Notes under the pieces: model-generated
What the model was told of the DNA's origin: nothing
Seen by the model: only the letters and a program-made list of their open reading frames with translations
Databases searched by the model: none
Assembly (NCBI GenBank): GCA_035857655.1
Contig: DASSGI010000283.1
Coordinates: forward strand, 1 to 38,143
Source: Casimicrobiaceae bacterium
GTDB taxonomy: Bacteria > Pseudomonadota > Gammaproteobacteria > Burkholderiales > Casimicrobiaceae
Direction: 5' to 3'
Length of the DNA: 38,143 nt
Shown: one piece after another, positions 7,938 to 17,500 of the stretch
Layout: every line of letters starts with the position of its first letter
How positions within the stretch are numbered: position 1 is the first letter of the stretch
Position numbers and translations under genes: made by a program

Positions 7938-8384
7938 ATGGGCACCAACACCGTACGTCTTCACCGCGTCCTTCGTGCGCCGCCCGAGCGCGTCTATCGC
8001 GCATTCCTCGACGCCGACGCGATGGCCAAATGGCTCCCGCCGAACGGCTTCACCGGCAAGGTCCACCATCTCGATGCGAGAGTCGGCGGAACCTACAAGA
8101 TGTCGTTCACCAGCTTCGGCTCGGGCCACAGCCACGCGTTCGGCGGCAAGTATCTCGAGTTGGCGCCGCACGAGCGGATCCGCTACACCGACCGCTTCGA
8201 CGACCCGAACTTGCCAGGAGAAATGACGACGAAAATCACGCTGAAGAAAGTGTCCGTCGGAACCGAATTGAACATCGTGCAGGAAGGGATTCCGGACGCG
8301 ATTCCTGCCGAGGCGTGTTACCTCGGCTGGCAGGAATCGCTCACGCTCCTTGCGAAGCTCGTCGAGGCCGAGATCCCGGGGTAG
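7938..8384 (+). CDS. SRPBCC family protein (Aha1/AHSA1-like)
   Basis: Typical family sequence: RVLRAPPERVYRAFLDADAMAKWLPPNGF...GGTYKMSF...GKYLELAPHERIRYT. Confidence 0.85.
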   Translation: MGTNTVRLHRVLRAPPERVYRAFLDADAMAKWLPPNGFTGKVHHLDARVGGTYKMSFTSFGSGHSHAFGGKYLELAPHERIRYTDRFDDPNLPGEMTTKITLKKVSVGTELNIVQEGIPDAIPAEACYLGWQESLTLLAKLVEAEIPG

Positions 8385-8456
8385 CGAGCAGCGGTTGGCC
8401 GCCCGGACCGCTGCACGACAAGGTGACCGATCAGGCCGAGCGGCGGTTCATCGATT

Positions 8457-8921
8457 GTGACGCGAGACCTTGCAGCCGAGTTGCCAAAGCTGCTTCCTCG
8501 CGCCATCGCGTGGGCCGAAGCGCAGTCGCGATCCGTGCTCGAAGCGGGCGTTGTTCCGAGCGCCGCGCAACGGGCTCTCGCGTCGAGCGTCGGAGTGAGG
8601 AATCCCGAGAGGATCCGTGTGAGCGTTGTCGATCGAATGCCGTTTCCCGATGACGTCGAGTTGCGAACTGCGGCAATCCAGGCGGGCCTCCTCGCGCCCG
8701 ACACCTTGGGACTCACGCTCGGGTATGCGGTGCTCGTCCGCCGCGGTTTTGAGACGAGGATGCGGTTGCTGAGCCACGAGTTCCGCCACGTCTACCAATA
8801 CGAATGCGCAGGCTCGGTTGCATCGTTTCTGCCGGTGTACTTGCAGGAGATTGTCGCTCACGGTTACACGGATGCGCCAAGCGAGATCGACGCGCGGACT
8901 CATGAACGTGACCGACTCTGA
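8457..8921 (+). CDS. hypothetical protein with an HExxH motif (possible small zinc metallopeptidase)
   Basis: GTG start, good GC3, and the motif LLSHEFRHVYQYE. No signal peptide seen. Confidence 0.6.
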   Translation: MTRDLAAELPKLLPRAIAWAEAQSRSVLEAGVVPSAAQRALASSVGVRNPERIRVSVVDRMPFPDDVELRTAAIQAGLLAPDTLGLTLGYAVLVRRGFETRMRLLSHEFRHVYQYECAGSVASFLPVYLQEIVAHGYTDAPSEIDARTHERDRL

Positions 8922-9074
8922 TCACCATAGGAAAGGACTTGGGGGGAGAGGCAATGCACCGACGTCATGCACTACGCGCACGGGCCGATCGTTTCGTCGA
9001 TTAAAACAGCTACGATATGACGTCAAGCGGGGCCAGCCGCTCGCCGTGCCGGTCCAATAGTGCGGAGGAGGATC

Positions 9075-9164
9075 ATGGAAGCAGCGTCAAGCGACGCCGG
9101 CGCCCCGGCGTCGCCGAAGGGACATGTCCGCCCAGGCAACCCTGCTGCGGTGGAAAGTGAATGA
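9075..9164 (+). other. candidate 29-codon leader uORF translationally coupled to the first SBP gene
   Basis: GGAGGAGGA Shine-Dalgarno ends 3 nt before the ATG at 9075. The TGA at 9162-9164 overlaps the SBP ATG at 9161 (ATGA). Contains a 10-bp GC hairpin (9091-9114). Confidence 0.35.
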
Positions 9165-10144
9165 ATCGTCGCCGCCTTCTGACGACGCTTGCTGCCGTTC
9201 CACTGCTGAGCGTACCGATCGTGCGGGCGCAGGCACGGCCCATGCCCGTGGTGGGATTTCTGAACAGCGCTTCGGTCGCAACGTATTCGTTCAACGCAAA
9301 CGCGTTCCGCGAAGGCTTGCGAGAAGCGGGCTTCGTCGAAGGTCAAAACGTCGCTATTGAATATCGCTGGGGCGACAACGACTACAGTCGTCTGCCCGCC
9401 CTCGCAACGGACTTGGCCGGCCGAAACGTTGCGGTAATCGCTGCCACCGGCGACATTGCATCGGCACGCGCCGCGATGGCGGCATCAAATGCCATTCCCA
9501 TCGTCTTCACCGTCGGCTCGGACCCGGTGCCGTTCGGATTGGTCTCGAGCCTGAGCCGGCCGACGGGCAACGCCACCGGCATTACGCTGTTTTCGAGCAC
9601 GTTGATGGCAAAGCGGCTGGAGTTCCTGCGCGAGGTGACTGCGAACGCCCGCTCCGTCGCGCTGCTCATGAACCCCGACAACCTGAACTACGATGTCGAC
9701 GTCAAGGCGGCGCAAGAGGCAGCGCGAAACCTGGACCGGCAGACGCTCATCGTGCGGGCCAGGAGTCCTTCGGCGATCGACGAGGCTTTCGACACGATCG
9801 TGCAGCGGCGCGCTGGCGCAGTCCTGATCGCCAGCGATCCGATGTTTCTCGGGCAGCGCGACAGGCTCGCCGCGCTTGCGGCGAAGCATTCGCTGGCCGT
9901 CATAGCGTGGTCGAGAGAATTTGCAGTGGCTGGGCTTCTTCTGACCTATGGAACCAGCATTGTGTGGATGTATCGTGAGGCCGGCATGTATGTTGGTCGC
10001 ATCCTGAAGGGAGCGAAACCCTCCGAGCTTCCCGTGACACAGCCGACCAAGTTTCAACTTGTGATCAACCTCAAGACCGCGAAATCCCTGGGAATTGCCG
10101 TCCCGCAATCATTGCTGATTCGAGCTGACGAAGTGATCCAGTGA
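9161..10144 (+). CDS. ABC transporter substrate-binding protein, ABC_sub_bind family (paralogue 1)
   Basis: RR-type signal peptide (MNRRRLLTTLAAVPLL...AQA). Family blocks GQNVAIEYRW, IPIVF, PTKFQLVINLKTAKSLG, and the C-terminus RADEVIQ. Confidence 0.88.
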   Translation: MNRRRLLTTLAAVPLLSVPIVRAQARPMPVVGFLNSASVATYSFNANAFREGLREAGFVEGQNVAIEYRWGDNDYSRLPALATDLAGRNVAVIAATGDIASARAAMAASNAIPIVFTVGSDPVPFGLVSSLSRPTGNATGITLFSSTLMAKRLEFLREVTANARSVALLMNPDNLNYDVDVKAAQEAARNLDRQTLIVRARSPSAIDEAFDTIVQRRAGAVLIASDPMFLGQRDRLAALAAKHSLAVIAWSREFAVAGLLLTYGTSIVWMYREAGMYVGRILKGAKPSELPVTQPTKFQLVINLKTAKSLGIAVPQSLLIRADEVIQ

Positions 10145-10173
10145 GCCGCGAAGATTCCCGGTAGGCTGCATTT

Positions 10174-10944
10174 ATGCCATACAGCGAGGGCGTCGCGCCT
10201 TACTACGATCTGTTCGGTACACCCGACAATCCCCTGGACGAAGCTGCCGAATTTCTGATGCCGCTGCTGCAGCCCGACGCAACGGTGCTCGACGTCGGCG
10301 CAGGCACGGGCACGACCGCCTTTGCGCTGGCGCAGCGTGGCGTGTTCGTAACGGCGCTCGAGCCTGACGCCGAGATGTACGCGGCGATGCTGACGCGCCT
10401 TGGGTCGCGGTCCGATATCGCCGATCGCGTGAGCCCGATCCCGCAGGCCGCGGGATTTTCACTCGAAGCGCGCTTCGATGTCTGCGCTTCGTTCGCGGTA
10501 CTTCACTTGCTCACCGATGAGGAGCAGCACGTGCTAGCGCGCTACGTCGCCGCACAGCTCAAGCCGGGCGGCGTAGCGGTGCTCGAGATCCCCGTCGTCT
10601 CGTCGCAGCGTTCTCCGCGGCCGTGGTCGGTGACGGCAACGCGAACGTTCGGGCGCGTTCGGATCGAGCACCACACGCAAATGGAATGCAAGGACACCGG
10701 TGACTGGATCACCCGCTGGAGGTTCGTGAGCTATCTCGACCACAGGATCGTAAACGAGGTCGACAAAGCCTTTCACTGGCGGCCGTTGACGCACGGCCGC
10801 TCCGAGTCGGTTTTGGGAAATTCCGGCCTCGAGGTCGTCGACGAGTTCGCCGGCTACGATCGCGTGCCGTATGTGCCGGGCGACAGTCGTGTTCGACTCG
10901 TGGTGGCGCAGGCTTGCAGCCAGCAGTCGCGAGAAATTCGGTGA
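10174..10944 (+). CDS. class I SAM-dependent methyltransferase
   Basis: Motif I VLDVGAGTGTTAFALAQRG, followed by LEPD and LKPGGVAVLE. Confidence 0.85.
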   Translation: MPYSEGVAPYYDLFGTPDNPLDEAAEFLMPLLQPDATVLDVGAGTGTTAFALAQRGVFVTALEPDAEMYAAMLTRLGSRSDIADRVSPIPQAAGFSLEARFDVCASFAVLHLLTDEEQHVLARYVAAQLKPGGVAVLEIPVVSSQRSPRPWSVTATRTFGRVRIEHHTQMECKDTGDWITRWRFVSYLDHRIVNEVDKAFHWRPLTHGRSESVLGNSGLEVVDEFAGYDRVPYVPGDSRVRLVVAQACSQQSREIR

Positions 10945-11927
10945 GCAGCCGGCGCATCTTCATCCGCACGCTCGCCGCAGGCGTCGTCGGTGTGCGAATC
11001 GGTGCGAGCGCGCAGCCGGGGAAGATTTATCACCTCGGCTATCTGAGTCAGCCCACGCGCGAGTCCGTCGCGAAGGGGGTCGAAGCCTTTGTGAAAAAAC
11101 TGCGGGAGCTCGGCTGGATCGACGGACAGAATCTTGCGATCGAGTACCGATGGGCCGAAGGAGACGCTGCTCAACTCCCTCGCCTCGCGGCCGAACTGGT
11201 TCGTGACAAGGTCGATGTGATCGTCGCGCCAGCAGGCACAGCCGCGCTTGCTGCGAAGAAGGCGACGAGCACCATTCCCATTGTGATGATCTTCCCCAAT
11301 GATCCGGTCGCGTTGGGACTCGTAACGAGCCTTCGCAAGCCGGGCGGGAACGTCACCGGAACAACCTTCACTCCCGGTCCGGAGATCTACGGCAAACAGC
11401 TGCAGCTCCTGAAGGAGGCGGTTCCCCGCGCCTCGCGCGTCGCGTTCCTCGAAAACCCTGCGGACGCCGGATGGTCGATTCAGCGCCCCGAAGTCGAGGC
11501 CGCAGCCCCCGCGTTGGGCATTCGGCTTCTGTACGCCAAAGCGACGACGCCCGAGGAGTTCGATGGCGCCTTTGCTGCCATTGTTCGAGAGCGGGCCGAA
11601 GCGCTGCTAGTCAGCGGTAGCTCGACGTACCTCGTGCACCGGAAGCGGCTGGCTGAATTGGCTCTGAAACACCGGCTGCCCAGCATGTTCAACTTTCGGG
11701 AAATGGTCGAGGCGGGGGCGCTGATGGCCTATGGGGTGAACATGGCCGATTTCGTCGGTCGTTCGGCTGTGTACGTCGACAAGATCCTGAAAGGCGCCAA
11801 TCCCGCCGAGCTTCCCGTGGAGCAGCCGACCAAGTTCGAGCTCGTGATCAACCTCAAGACCGCGAAGGCGCTGCGACTGACTGTTCCGCCATCGCTGCTG
11901 CAGCGCGCTGACGAGGTGATCCAGTGA
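10941..11927 (+). CDS. ABC transporter substrate-binding protein, ABC_sub_bind family (paralogue 2)
   Basis: The GTG start overlaps the methyltransferase stop (GTGA). Tat-like SSRRIFIRTLAAG. Blocks GQNLAIEYRWAEG, IPIVM, PTKFELVINLKTAKAL, RADEVIQ. Confidence 0.88.
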   Translation: MSSRRIFIRTLAAGVVGVRIGASAQPGKIYHLGYLSQPTRESVAKGVEAFVKKLRELGWIDGQNLAIEYRWAEGDAAQLPRLAAELVRDKVDVIVAPAGTAALAAKKATSTIPIVMIFPNDPVALGLVTSLRKPGGNVTGTTFTPGPEIYGKQLQLLKEAVPRASRVAFLENPADAGWSIQRPEVEAAAPALGIRLLYAKATTPEEFDGAFAAIVRERAEALLVSGSSTYLVHRKRLAELALKHRLPSMFNFREMVEAGALMAYGVNMADFVGRSAVYVDKILKGANPAELPVEQPTKFELVINLKTAKALRLTVPPSLLQRADEVIQ

Positions 11928-12295
11928 TCCGACAACGAGGCGATTCCGCGAACCGAGACGAGCGCAGTCTCACGCTGATCGACGAGCCGTTCGTCACTGT
12001 TGGGCCGAACGGCCAGCGGCAGTCGTTCCAGCTCGTCATCCATTCGCCGCAGCCTGCGCGCGAGAAGGATCCGTGGTCCTGGACGTGCGTAATCTTGCTG
12101 AAGCCGCTCTACCGCAGCGAGATTCCCTGTCGCGGACTCTCGCCGTTCCATGCTCTCGCAGATGCCGTGGCAAGGGCGACCGATTATCTTTCCCATGTGA
12201 CAGCGTCAGGCGGGAAGATTCTGGCGCCGTCAGGCCGCGAGGTCGGCGTTCCTTCGTTGAAGCTCCATGCCCCAACGGAGGGCGATGGCGGCTGA
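11924..12295 (+). CDS. hypothetical protein (123 aa)
   Basis: The GTG start overlaps the SBP2 stop (GTGA). Strong GC3 bias and non-repetitive composition. No family recognised. Confidence 0.55.
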   Translation: MIRQRGDSANRDERSLTLIDEPFVTVGPNGQRQSFQLVIHSPQPAREKDPWSWTCVILLKPLYRSEIPCRGLSPFHALADAVARATDYLSHVTASGGKILAPSGREVGVPSLKLHAPTEGDGG

Positions 12296-12303
12296 GCGCT
12301 CTC

Positions 12304-12981
12304 ATGAAGAACCTTGGCGCAAAGGCGTGGCTTTCGCTCGCGCTTCTTGCCTTCGCAATGGGACTGCTGCTGTTCGTGCCGGCGGGCACTGTCGACTACT
12401 GGCAGGGGTGGGTGTACCTGTTGATCTTCTTCGGGGCGTCGGCGATCACGACGCTTTACCTGCTGAAGCACGACCGTGCGCTGCTCGAGCGCCGAATGAG
12501 CGGAGGCCCCACGGCCGAAAAGCGCTCGACGCAGAAGATCATCATGACCGCGACGTCGATCGGCTTCATCGCCCTTCTCGTGGTGCCCGGTCTCGACCAC
12601 CGATTCGCCGGATCCGACGTGCCGATTGCTGTCGTCGCCGCGGGCGACGCGCTCGTTGCGATCGGGTTCTGGCTGATCTTCATCGTGTATCGCGAGAACA
12701 CGTTCACGTCAGCAACGATCGAGGTCGCGGAGAATCAGAGGGTCGTTTCGACCGGCCCGTACTCGATCGTTCGCCATCCGATGTACGCGAGCGCTTCCCT
12801 GTATCTTCTCGGCACGCCGCTCGCGCTCGGCTCGTATTGGGGGCTCGTCCCGATCGCCGTCGTGATTCCGTTTCTCGTCTGGCGACTCTTTGACGAGGAG
12901 CGTTTCCTGGTCAAGAATCTGCCCGGCTACGCCGAATACCGAAAGCGGGTCCGGCATCGCCTGATCCCGTTCATCTGGTAG
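12304..12981 (+). CDS. membrane methyltransferase, isoprenylcysteine carboxyl / phospholipid methyltransferase-like
   Basis: Multi-TM protein. C-terminal signature: VSTGPYSIVRHPMYASASLYLLGTPLALGSYWGL...EERFLVKNLPGYAEYRKRVRHRLIPFIW. Confidence 0.85.
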   Translation: MKNLGAKAWLSLALLAFAMGLLLFVPAGTVDYWQGWVYLLIFFGASAITTLYLLKHDRALLERRMSGGPTAEKRSTQKIIMTATSIGFIALLVVPGLDHRFAGSDVPIAVVAAGDALVAIGFWLIFIVYRENTFTSATIEVAENQRVVSTGPYSIVRHPMYASASLYLLGTPLALGSYWGLVPIAVVIPFLVWRLFDEERFLVKNLPGYAEYRKRVRHRLIPFIW

Positions 12982-13002
12982 CGGATCGGCTCAATCTGAA
13001 TC

Positions 13003-14019
13003 GTGATCGGTGAAACCATCAGCCAGCGCGGCACGACCTTGATCCGGATCCTTTCGATCCTTTTCGCGCTGCTCGGCGCCTTCGCGGGGACGTCGGCTGC
13101 CGATGCGCAGTCGACGAGGATTTACCGCATCGGCTTCGTGTCGCCGGCATCGCAGGCATCGATGGCGTCCCGTGTCGAGGCATTCAACGAAGGGTTGCGC
13201 GAACTGGGTTACGTGGAGGGGCAGAATCTCAGGACGGAGTACCGCTGGGCCGAGGGTGGCGATGAGCAACTCCAGCGAATCGTCACCGAGCTCGTCGGGC
13301 TCAAGGTGGACGTTCTCGTCACTCACGGCGCCGCCGCGGCGCAAGCCGGGCGCAAGACGAGCTCCGTTGTCCCGATCGTTTGCTACGCGTGCGGGGATGT
13401 TCTTTCAACCGGCCTCGTGTCGAATCTTGCAAGACCCGACAAGAACATCACCGGCATCACGATCGTTTCGCCCGAGATCACCGGCAAGCGCCTGGAGTTG
13501 CTCCGGCAGGTCGTGCCGGGCATGACCCGGCTCGCGGTTCTCTCGAATCGGAGCAATCCCGTCGCCGCCGTGGAGGTGACGGAGACGGAGAACGCGGCCC
13601 GCGCCCTGGGATTGCAGGTTCAAACGGTCGGCGTGCAGAGTGCCGGCGACTTGCGGACCGCCGTTGGATCTATGGCCAAAGCCAATGTTCATGCCCTCAT
13701 CGTCCTGTCGGACGCGATGCTTTATGGCCAGCGGAGCTCGATTGCAGAGCTGGCACTCGCCAACCAGTTGCCGGCGATCTCCTTCACGGGCGAATTCGCA
13801 AAAGCGGGCGGACTCATGAGTTACGGGCCGGACCTGATCGCGCTCTCGCGACGCGCCGCGATTTACGTCGACAAGATACTCAAGGGCGCGAAGCCGGGCG
13901 ACTTGCCGATCGAGCAGCCCACCAAGTTCGAGCTCGTGTTCAACCTGAAGACGGCGCACGCACTCGGTCTGACGGTGCCTTCGTCGTTCCTGCTGCGAGC
14001 AGACGAGGTGATCCAGTGA
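13003..14019 (+). CDS. ABC transporter substrate-binding protein, ABC_sub_bind family (paralogue 3)
   Basis: Sec-type signal peptide (ILSILFALLGAFAGTSAADA). Blocks GQNLRTEYRWAEG, PIVC, PTKFELVFNLKTAHALG, RADEVIQ. The start is uncertain (GTG 13003 or TTG 13039). Confidence 0.88.
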   Translation: MIGETISQRGTTLIRILSILFALLGAFAGTSAADAQSTRIYRIGFVSPASQASMASRVEAFNEGLRELGYVEGQNLRTEYRWAEGGDEQLQRIVTELVGLKVDVLVTHGAAAAQAGRKTSSVVPIVCYACGDVLSTGLVSNLARPDKNITGITIVSPEITGKRLELLRQVVPGMTRLAVLSNRSNPVAAVEVTETENAARALGLQVQTVGVQSAGDLRTAVGSMAKANVHALIVLSDAMLYGQRSSIAELALANQLPAISFTGEFAKAGGLMSYGPDLIALSRRAAIYVDKILKGAKPGDLPIEQPTKFELVFNLKTAHALGLTVPSSFLLRADEVIQ

Positions 14020-14044
14020 GGCCTCTCGACATGGAGGAACGACC

Positions 14045-14554
14045 ATGAGAAGAATCCTCGCAAGCGTTGCCTGCGGAGCGTTGCTGTTCGCGACCGCCGC
14101 GACCGCTCAGGACGTCACGGGCTCGATCGTCGCGAACGGCAAGACGGCGGAGCTCAAGTTCGCGGTCGCGCAGGAAGTCGACAGCTCGACCGAGAAGGGA
14201 TACATGGACGTCATCGTCGTCCTGTCCGATCGCAAATTGAGCGCCGCCGACGCGCGCAACACGGAGCGCCTCGAGACGATGACGCGCAGGGACGGCCTCG
14301 TCGCCCTGGTCGTGAGGATCAATCCCGATGCGAGGATCATGAGCGCCGAGCCGCTTCATCCGGCATTCACGACGTTCGTGTCGTCGGCCGCGTTCGTTCG
14401 CTGGAAACCGAGCGCGTACGACGAGAAGCGCGTCGCAGGGCGTTTCTGGACCGAGGGTACCCAGAAGGAGTTCAAGCAGGAGTGGAGCTACGACGTGACG
14501 TTCTCGACGCCGATCACGCTCGACCCCGAAGCGAAGACGGTGCCGAAGAAGTGA
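14045..14554 (+). CDS. secreted hypothetical protein (169 aa)
   Basis: Signal peptide MRRILASVACGALLFATAATAQ. Good coding bias. No family recognised. Confidence 0.65.
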   Translation: MRRILASVACGALLFATAATAQDVTGSIVANGKTAELKFAVAQEVDSSTEKGYMDVIVVLSDRKLSAADARNTERLETMTRRDGLVALVVRINPDARIMSAEPLHPAFTTFVSSAAFVRWKPSAYDEKRVAGRFWTEGTQKEFKQEWSYDVTFSTPITLDPEAKTVPKK

Positions 14555-14576
14555 GTGCCATGCGTCGCGCTTGAAC

Positions 14577-17500
14577 TCAGCGCAGCGCGAGGTCGACGCG
14601 CGATAGCGTAGTCGGTGGCGTCGCGTTAGTGTTCGCGGCGCCGGCGTCGGGCGCTGGAGCCGCTCCCCCTTGACGGGCGGTGCCAACGGCTGGTGCGGCA
14701 CGCTCCGCTGAAAGACGCGGAACAGTCAGGAACAGACGCTCACCGGGGATGTTCTTCGCCGTGAGCCCGTCCTTGACCGACTGGGCGCGCGCGTTCGCGA
14801 GCAGACGCAGCGCGTCGTCGTCGACTTTAGCATCGGCAAGGAGTATCGCCTCCATTTCCTCGGGCGGAATCTCCTTCAACAAGCCGATCACGTTGCGGGG
14901 CCGATCCTTGATCGACGACTCGCGATAGGCAGCGGTCAGCCAGCGGACACGCTCGTCGGCGCCGATCGTCACCTCGTCGACCGACGCCGGCGCGCTGCCC
15001 GACGCCGCCAGCGATTTCATCTTCTCGCGCTTCATCGCCGTGACGACGGTCGCGTGCCGCAGCGCTTCGCGATCGGCGTCGGGATCGACCCGGCCGCCGA
15101 TGTCGAGCTTGAGCGCCGGGCGATCGCCGAGCGCCTTGCCGAGCGTGTCGACGCGCTTCTGCGCTTCCGCGTCGAGCGCCGCGCTGCCCGGCGCGAACGG
15201 TATCGTGGAAAGCTCCTCGCCGTGCCCGAACACGGCCCCGAGCAACGCGAACGGCGCCGTGACCGCCTTCGTGAGCAGGTTGACGATCACCTGGATGATG
15301 AGGCCGCCGACCGAGAATTTCGGATCGTCGAGCGAACCGGCGATCGGCAACTGGATGTCGATGACGCCGTTCACGTCCTTCAGCAACGCGACCGCGAGCA
15401 GCACGGGCAGCTTCGTCGCGGTCGCGCTGTCGATCCGCTGCGGATTGAACGTGAGCTGGTCGAGAACGAGCCGGTTTTCAGCGGTGAGCTTGCGGTTCTC
15501 GACGCGGTAGTGGACGTCGAACGTGAGCTTTCCCTTCTCGATGCCGTAGCCCGCGTATTTCACCGAGTACGGCGTAAGCGGCGGCAGATCGACATCGCGC
15601 GCCTTCGCCTTGATGTCGAGCGAAAGCTCCTTGGCGAACGGATGGATGCGCCCCGAAACCTCGACGGGCGCCGTGCGATCGACGCGCGCGGCGATCTCGA
15701 TGTCGCCGGCCTGCTCGGACGACATCGTCGTCACCGTGCCCGTGACGTCGGTCAGATTGGCCGAATAGTTCGGGCGCACGAAGAAATCCGAAAAGTTCAC
15801 GTTGCCGCGCGCGAGCTCGACCTTACCGATCGTCACCGGCAGCGCTTCGCGCGTAACCGGCGCAGGCGCCGCGGCCGGCTTCGCATCGGGAGGCGGCTCG
15901 GGTTCCTTGCCGGGCGTCAGCAGACGGGTGAGATTCAGCGACCCGTCCTGGTAGACGATCGCGCGCGCGAAGTAGTCCTCGGCGCCCACGCGGCCGATGC
16001 TGAGGCGGAACGGCTCCGTTGCGACGTCGACGTCGTCGAGCGCGAGCCGCTTCCAGCGCAGCAGATCGGAAGCGGTCGGCTTGTCGAGCGCGGCGAAATC
16101 CGTGACGGCGACGTTGCCCTTCCACGTCGCGGTGGCGGGTGCGCGTTCGGGGAAGGCGACGGCGATCGCGCCCTTTGCCGCGAGCGCCCCGGCCGTCAAC
16201 GACACGTTCGCGTGCGACTCGACATAAGGCCTCACGGTGACGAGGTCGAGGCCCGAAACGTCGAGCTGTCCGGAGAACGCCACGGGGTTCGTGGCGAGCG
16301 AGCCCTTCCACGCGAAGCGTCCGTGCTGGCCGACTCGCGCGCGAACCGTCGTCGTCGATTTCGCGCCTCGCGCATTCGAGTAGTTCGTCGCGTCGAGCGC
16401 GAGGTCGCGGATCGCGAGCTTCACGTTGGGCTCGGGCACGCGATCCTCGAGGTCGATCGATGCGCGCTCGAACATGAACTTGCCGAAGGCGAGCGTCCAC
16501 GTGCTTTCGTCCTTCGAGGTGCCGGTCGTCTCCGTGGTCTTCATCAGTCTTGCGACGTCGATCGAGCCGGTGCGCTCGCGCGCAATCTTCATCACCGCGT
16601 CGCGACTCATGAATTCGGCGACGTTCACCTTCCGATCGTGAAGGTCGAGCTCGATGCCCCTGCCGGTGACCGCCGGAAAGCTCCAGAACGGCTGGCGATT
16701 GCCGGGGTACGCGAACGCGAGCGCGGTGATCGTTGCGGCGCCTTCCGAAAGCTTCAGATTGCCGTCGGCGAGAAGCGCGAAACGTCCCGCGAGATCGAGC
16801 GAGCCCTTCTGGACGTCGACGGCGAGCACGTCCTTGTAATACGGAAAGAGCAGCCCGAGCGAGAACTTCGTCAACTCGAAATTGCCCGTGGCTGCCGGTA
16901 CGAGGGGCTCGACGTCGGCTTCGCCCTTGAACGTCGCGATGCGGTCGTCGGAGACGAACGACAGCGCAACGTGCGACTTCTCGCCCTTCTTCGTCGACAG
17001 GTTCGTCGCGTCGACTGCCACGTCGACGAGCGTCGAGCGGAACGTCGAGGTCTCGTCGACGAGCGCGAGCTTGCCGCGCGTCAAGGTGGTCTTCGCAACG
17101 GTCACCGACCACGGTTTGTCGGTTGTGCCTGAACCTGCGGCCGCGCCTGCGCCGCTTGCGGTCTGGCCGTCGCGCCGAACCGCCGCCGGAGCGCTTTCGA
17201 AAAGCGGTTGAGCGAGCTCGAACGCCCCGTCCTGCAGGCGCTTCAGGTCGACCGCCGGCGCGTCGAGCGCGAGCGACGCGACGCGGATGTCGCGGCCGAA
17301 GAGGTCGACGCGGTCGAGCACGACCGAGATTCGGTTGGCCGCGGCCAGCGAAGAGCCGTCGCGGCGTGCGAGCGCAAGGCCATCGAGGCGCGCGTCGCCG
17401 CGGAGCTCGAGCTTGCGTTCCTCGGGCTTGCCGTCGACAAAGACCACCTTGAGACGCGTGGTGAGCGCGCCGTCCGCCACGTTGATGCGCGGTTTGGTCG

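Noticed and set aside
8388-8414. Stem-loop GCAGCGGT...ACCGCTGC after the SRPBCC gene as a terminator
   Set aside because: 8-9 bp stem but no downstream T-tract. It may be incidental in GC-rich DNA.
15054-17132. 692-aa plus-strand ORF, and the 429-aa minus-strand alternate-frame ORF (15823..17112), inside the DUF748 gene
   Set aside because: Arg/Asp/Glu-rich nonsense composition. Only the 1223-aa minus-strand frame gives a protein with a TM anchor and coherent beta-rich sequence.
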